Below are positions 60,500-64,000 of a stretch of DNA of 64,000 nucleotides, piece after piece (the stretch's first letter is position 1; every line of letters begins with the position of its first letter). Source of the stretch: the human T2T-CHM13v2.0 reference genome, Homo sapiens; NCBI RefSeq assembly GCF_009914755.1, contig NC_060927.1, one strand, 5' to 3'. The notes under the pieces were generated by a model. The model was not told where the DNA came from, searched no databases, and saw only the letters and a list, made by a program, of their open reading frames with translations. The position numbers and the translations under genes are program-made.

Positions 60500-61230
60500 T
60501 TTGTAACATTGTCAGAAATCAGTGGAGCATATTTGTATGTTTATTTTTGTGCTCTCTATTCTGTTCCACGCAGTCTTGCTATACAGTAAAATTTGCAGTC
60601 AGCTATACAATAAATCTTGAAATCATAAAAACTAATATCTTCCATTTTATTTTTCTTTTAAATTTGTTTTAGTTATTCTAGCTACATGGCTTGCTTATAC
60701 ACATTTTAGAATTAGCTTATCCATATTTATCAAAATTCTTGCTGGAATTTTCGTAGCAATTGCTGTAAATTTGTATCAATTTTCAGGAATCAACATTCTT
60801 ATTATGTGGTGTTTTCCAATTCATGAGCACAGTATGCTTCTTTATTCATCAAAGTACCTTAAAATTTCTCACATCGGCATTGTCATTTCAGCATCCTTAT
60901 TTTGTTAGATTTATACCTATTTCATTTTCTTCTGAATGACTGTAAATAGTATTTTTTTAATTTTGCATTCATGTGTTTATTACTAGCATATGGAAAAACA
61001 GTTGATTTCTCACACATCAGAAGCTTATCTTATATTCTGTGGCCTTGTTGAATTCACTTATTGGTTCTAGGAACTTTTTTTGTATATTCTCCATTATATT
61101 CTACATAGACCATCATGTCCTCTTCAAATAGGGGCAGTTTTATTTCTTTCTTTCTAAACTGTGTGCCTTTCATTTTCTTTTTCTGTCTTATTGCGCTGGC
61201 TAGAATTTCCAACACTAAGAGTAGTGACGT
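60500..61230 (-). mobile_element. Old L1M ORF2 fragment
   Basis: ctctctattctgttcca...cattttagaattagctt...ccaattcatgagcacag...cttattgcgctggctagaatttccaacac. Confidence 0.7.
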
Positions 61231-64000
61231 AGATAACTTTGAGTCTCAAGATCTATAGCCAGTCTACTTTCTTCTCTTTATCTTCCAGAGTGTTCTTATG
61301 TTTGACCTATATATGATATCTAGGATTTTTAGTTATACCTATTAGGAAGAATAGGGAAAAGTATGTCTATTCTATCTTCCCAGAAGCAAAGGATTTTCTC
61401 TGCTGATTTTGTTATTCTTCCCCATCCTGCAAGGAGAGCAGAATACTTTAAAGGTTATATGTCTTGCCCTAAGCTCTGCTTATGGACACCTGTGGATGCT
61501 CTCACAAGCAGAGTGGAGGGCTGATGTGGAACTCAAGGCATCCCTAGTTTCTTGCTAGCCTCCCTCTCTCTGACCCACTTTGCCATTTTGAAACTACACA
61601 TTGTCTTTTATAACAAGCTATTCCAGATACTTAATTAGAGAGGCACAAAGAAATAAAGGCACATAGGGCTGTTTCCTGACAGCATCCATCATTTGGAGAA
61701 AGCTTTTAGCTTTTTCCTTTTGTAGGACTTCTAATTATCACAAGGAACTACAAATTACCATGAATCATTTGAGATACAGGGTTAGCCAGCCCATCCACCT
61801 GTATGGTGGGAGGCCTGATTTTATTAGCTCTAACCAGTCTTGATAGATGAATGTCAAGACAGCCTAGAATTCTTTTTATAAAAGAAGCCATGTGACATTA
61901 CTTAGCAGGTTAGTCATTTATTCTTACCAAGTTGTCACTGGGTTTGATTTGCAGTGCAGCTGGCTAATAGAGACAACAGCAAAGGAAAAGAGGTAAAGAA
62001 ACAAAAAGGTGACATGGAGGCTGTCAGCCAGAGTAGACTTAAGCGGGGGAAAGAAGATCCCCTGGCCTTTAAATTGGAAGAAATTGACAGTGGCAATATA
62101 TGAGTAGAAAAGGATGAGGAGGACATATTGGGCCATGCACTCACTCCTCAGCATTCTCATCTTCAAACAGGGATCATAATGTTTTCTCTTATTATCTCTA
62201 AGGATATTTGCAAGGCTAAAATAAGGTACAGTGTTGAGAATAACTCTGCTATTCCAAGAATAAGTGATTATAAATTTCTCAGAATTGTCAACATGGCCTT
62301 TATCAATGACTCCATCATCTATGTCCTTTCTGCTCCCCATATTTCTTCCCCTTATACTTCCATTCAGGGCATCAAAAAGAAAGTGGAGAGGGGAAAAAGT
62401 GTCAGTATCCATGGGGTATAGTGGAGTAGGCCTTGTGATACCTATTTTCTTGCTTTCATCATCAGCTTTGCTGGGATGAGAGTGAAAGAAAATGGAGAAG
62501 ATGAAAATCTGAAGAAGAAATGGATGTTGACAGGAACTTTTACTCACTTAAGAAATATGCATTAATCACTTACTATATGGCAGCCTCTATGCTAGACTTT
62601 AAAACTTAAAAGTAGATGGCCTAGTCCTCAACAGGATTCCTGTGTAGAGGGATAGACAATGAAACAAATAATTATTATATAATACGACTATTATCAAAGA
62701 GATTTTTGCAAGTATTTTTGGACATTTGGCACTCCTAACTCTGCCTACATCCTCAGGAAAGGAAAAATTCCTTTCCTTTCAAAGTGAAAGGGGTGATCAC
62801 TTTCAAGCATGCACAGGGTTTAAGAAAAGAACGACAAGGGAATACTGGATGCAGGAAAGGTGAGGAGAAAACTTTGTAGCATCGAAGATTTGAAGTGAAA
62901 ACAGCAGGACATAATTTACCAATAGCAAGGGAATCAGTTTCTTAAAGTGAGAGGAAAAACAGATACAGCCAATACAATTTGAAAGCAAGATAAAGTTTCA
63001 TGTGTTTCAAGTTATCAGAAAAAAGTTTGGTCTTCAGGGGGTTCTTTTCATCTGAGCAACATTTTATTTAGGCACAAGACTTCTCTCCACTTGTCTCTTT
63101 TCTTGAAGCATCAGAGGCTTTATGACTGAGATAGAAGAACAAAAGTCTTTTGTCTTTTGATTCCTTCACATAAATAGACCATGCAAGGCACTTCATGCCA
63201 TGTAAACTCACTTGTTTTCTTACTGCATTTTATAGGCCATAAGCCCTGGAATTCTCTTGCAAGTATAAAAAGGCAGAATAGGGGAAGATCAAGAAGTCAT
63301 TGTTGAAAGTGAGTAGCATTAAAGGAGTGATATTTATTCTTGCATTTGTACATGTTAAATGCACTTAGGAGCCTTGTCCAGAATCTCTAATAGCTGATCA
63401 CAAACTCAAGGTCCATTTCTGTATGCAGGAAATAGATGTATTCATGTTGTGTATAGAACTTTTTTTTAGAATCTTATAAGTTTGCCCATTTATATTATCT
63501 TAATATATTACTTCTCTGTAAAAATCAGAAGACCTGGTTTCTAGGTGCACATTTCTGCATAAAAAATGGACAGAGAATGAGGAGCTATCACTTTCTTCAG
63601 TTTACCATATCTCCATCTCTCTCTGTTTCTTATACCTGACTAGATTCTTCCATTTTCTTTTTTTACCTAACTCCAATAGAATTGTAATTTATGAATCTTT
63701 CTATAAATAAAACTATTTCGTATATAACTCCTTTGATTTTGGTGATATATCTTATTTTGGGTTTACCCAAATGCAACATCCAATGGTATGCTGGTGTCAG
63801 ATCATACCAGTTTGTATATCTTTTTCCAATTCCTTGTTCAGTAACTCCATTTTGGCAGTTTGAAATTGTCCATGATAGGAATATTTGCAAAACAAAAATT
63901 AAGAAATGTTATAAACCATTACTTTTTATGTCCCTGAAAGCCTGTTGTTAAACATGTACCAGGACCCCACTAATAACATCTGTACTTAATATGTCACAAT

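Overview
This is AT-rich mammalian genomic DNA, almost certainly human, because it carries a near-perfect AluYb8 at 38.7-39.0 kb. I recognise no protein-coding gene, RNA gene or CRISPR array. Most of the window is nested transposable elements: two inverted Tigger1 DNA transposons (one full length), two apparently full-length old L1s, a 3'-truncated L1PA7-like element, a twin-primed L1PA4-like insertion, four Alus, several MaLR/ERV LTRs, and a decayed class III (ERV-L-like, LTR47-like) provirus with a recognisable gamma-type env. Nearly all ORFs in the track are fragments or antisense frames of these repeats. I found no convincing new biological system. The best leads are (i) the ERV-L-like provirus with env, (ii) the inverted Tigger1 pair sharing non-consensus variants, (iii) several template-switch, fold-back or deletion junctions, (iv) a candidate non-coding exon at 14003-14139, and (v) an unexplained 207-codon reading frame at 61.9-62.5 kb. 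Subfamily names come from my recollection of consensus sequences and need RepeatMasker/Dfam confirmation.
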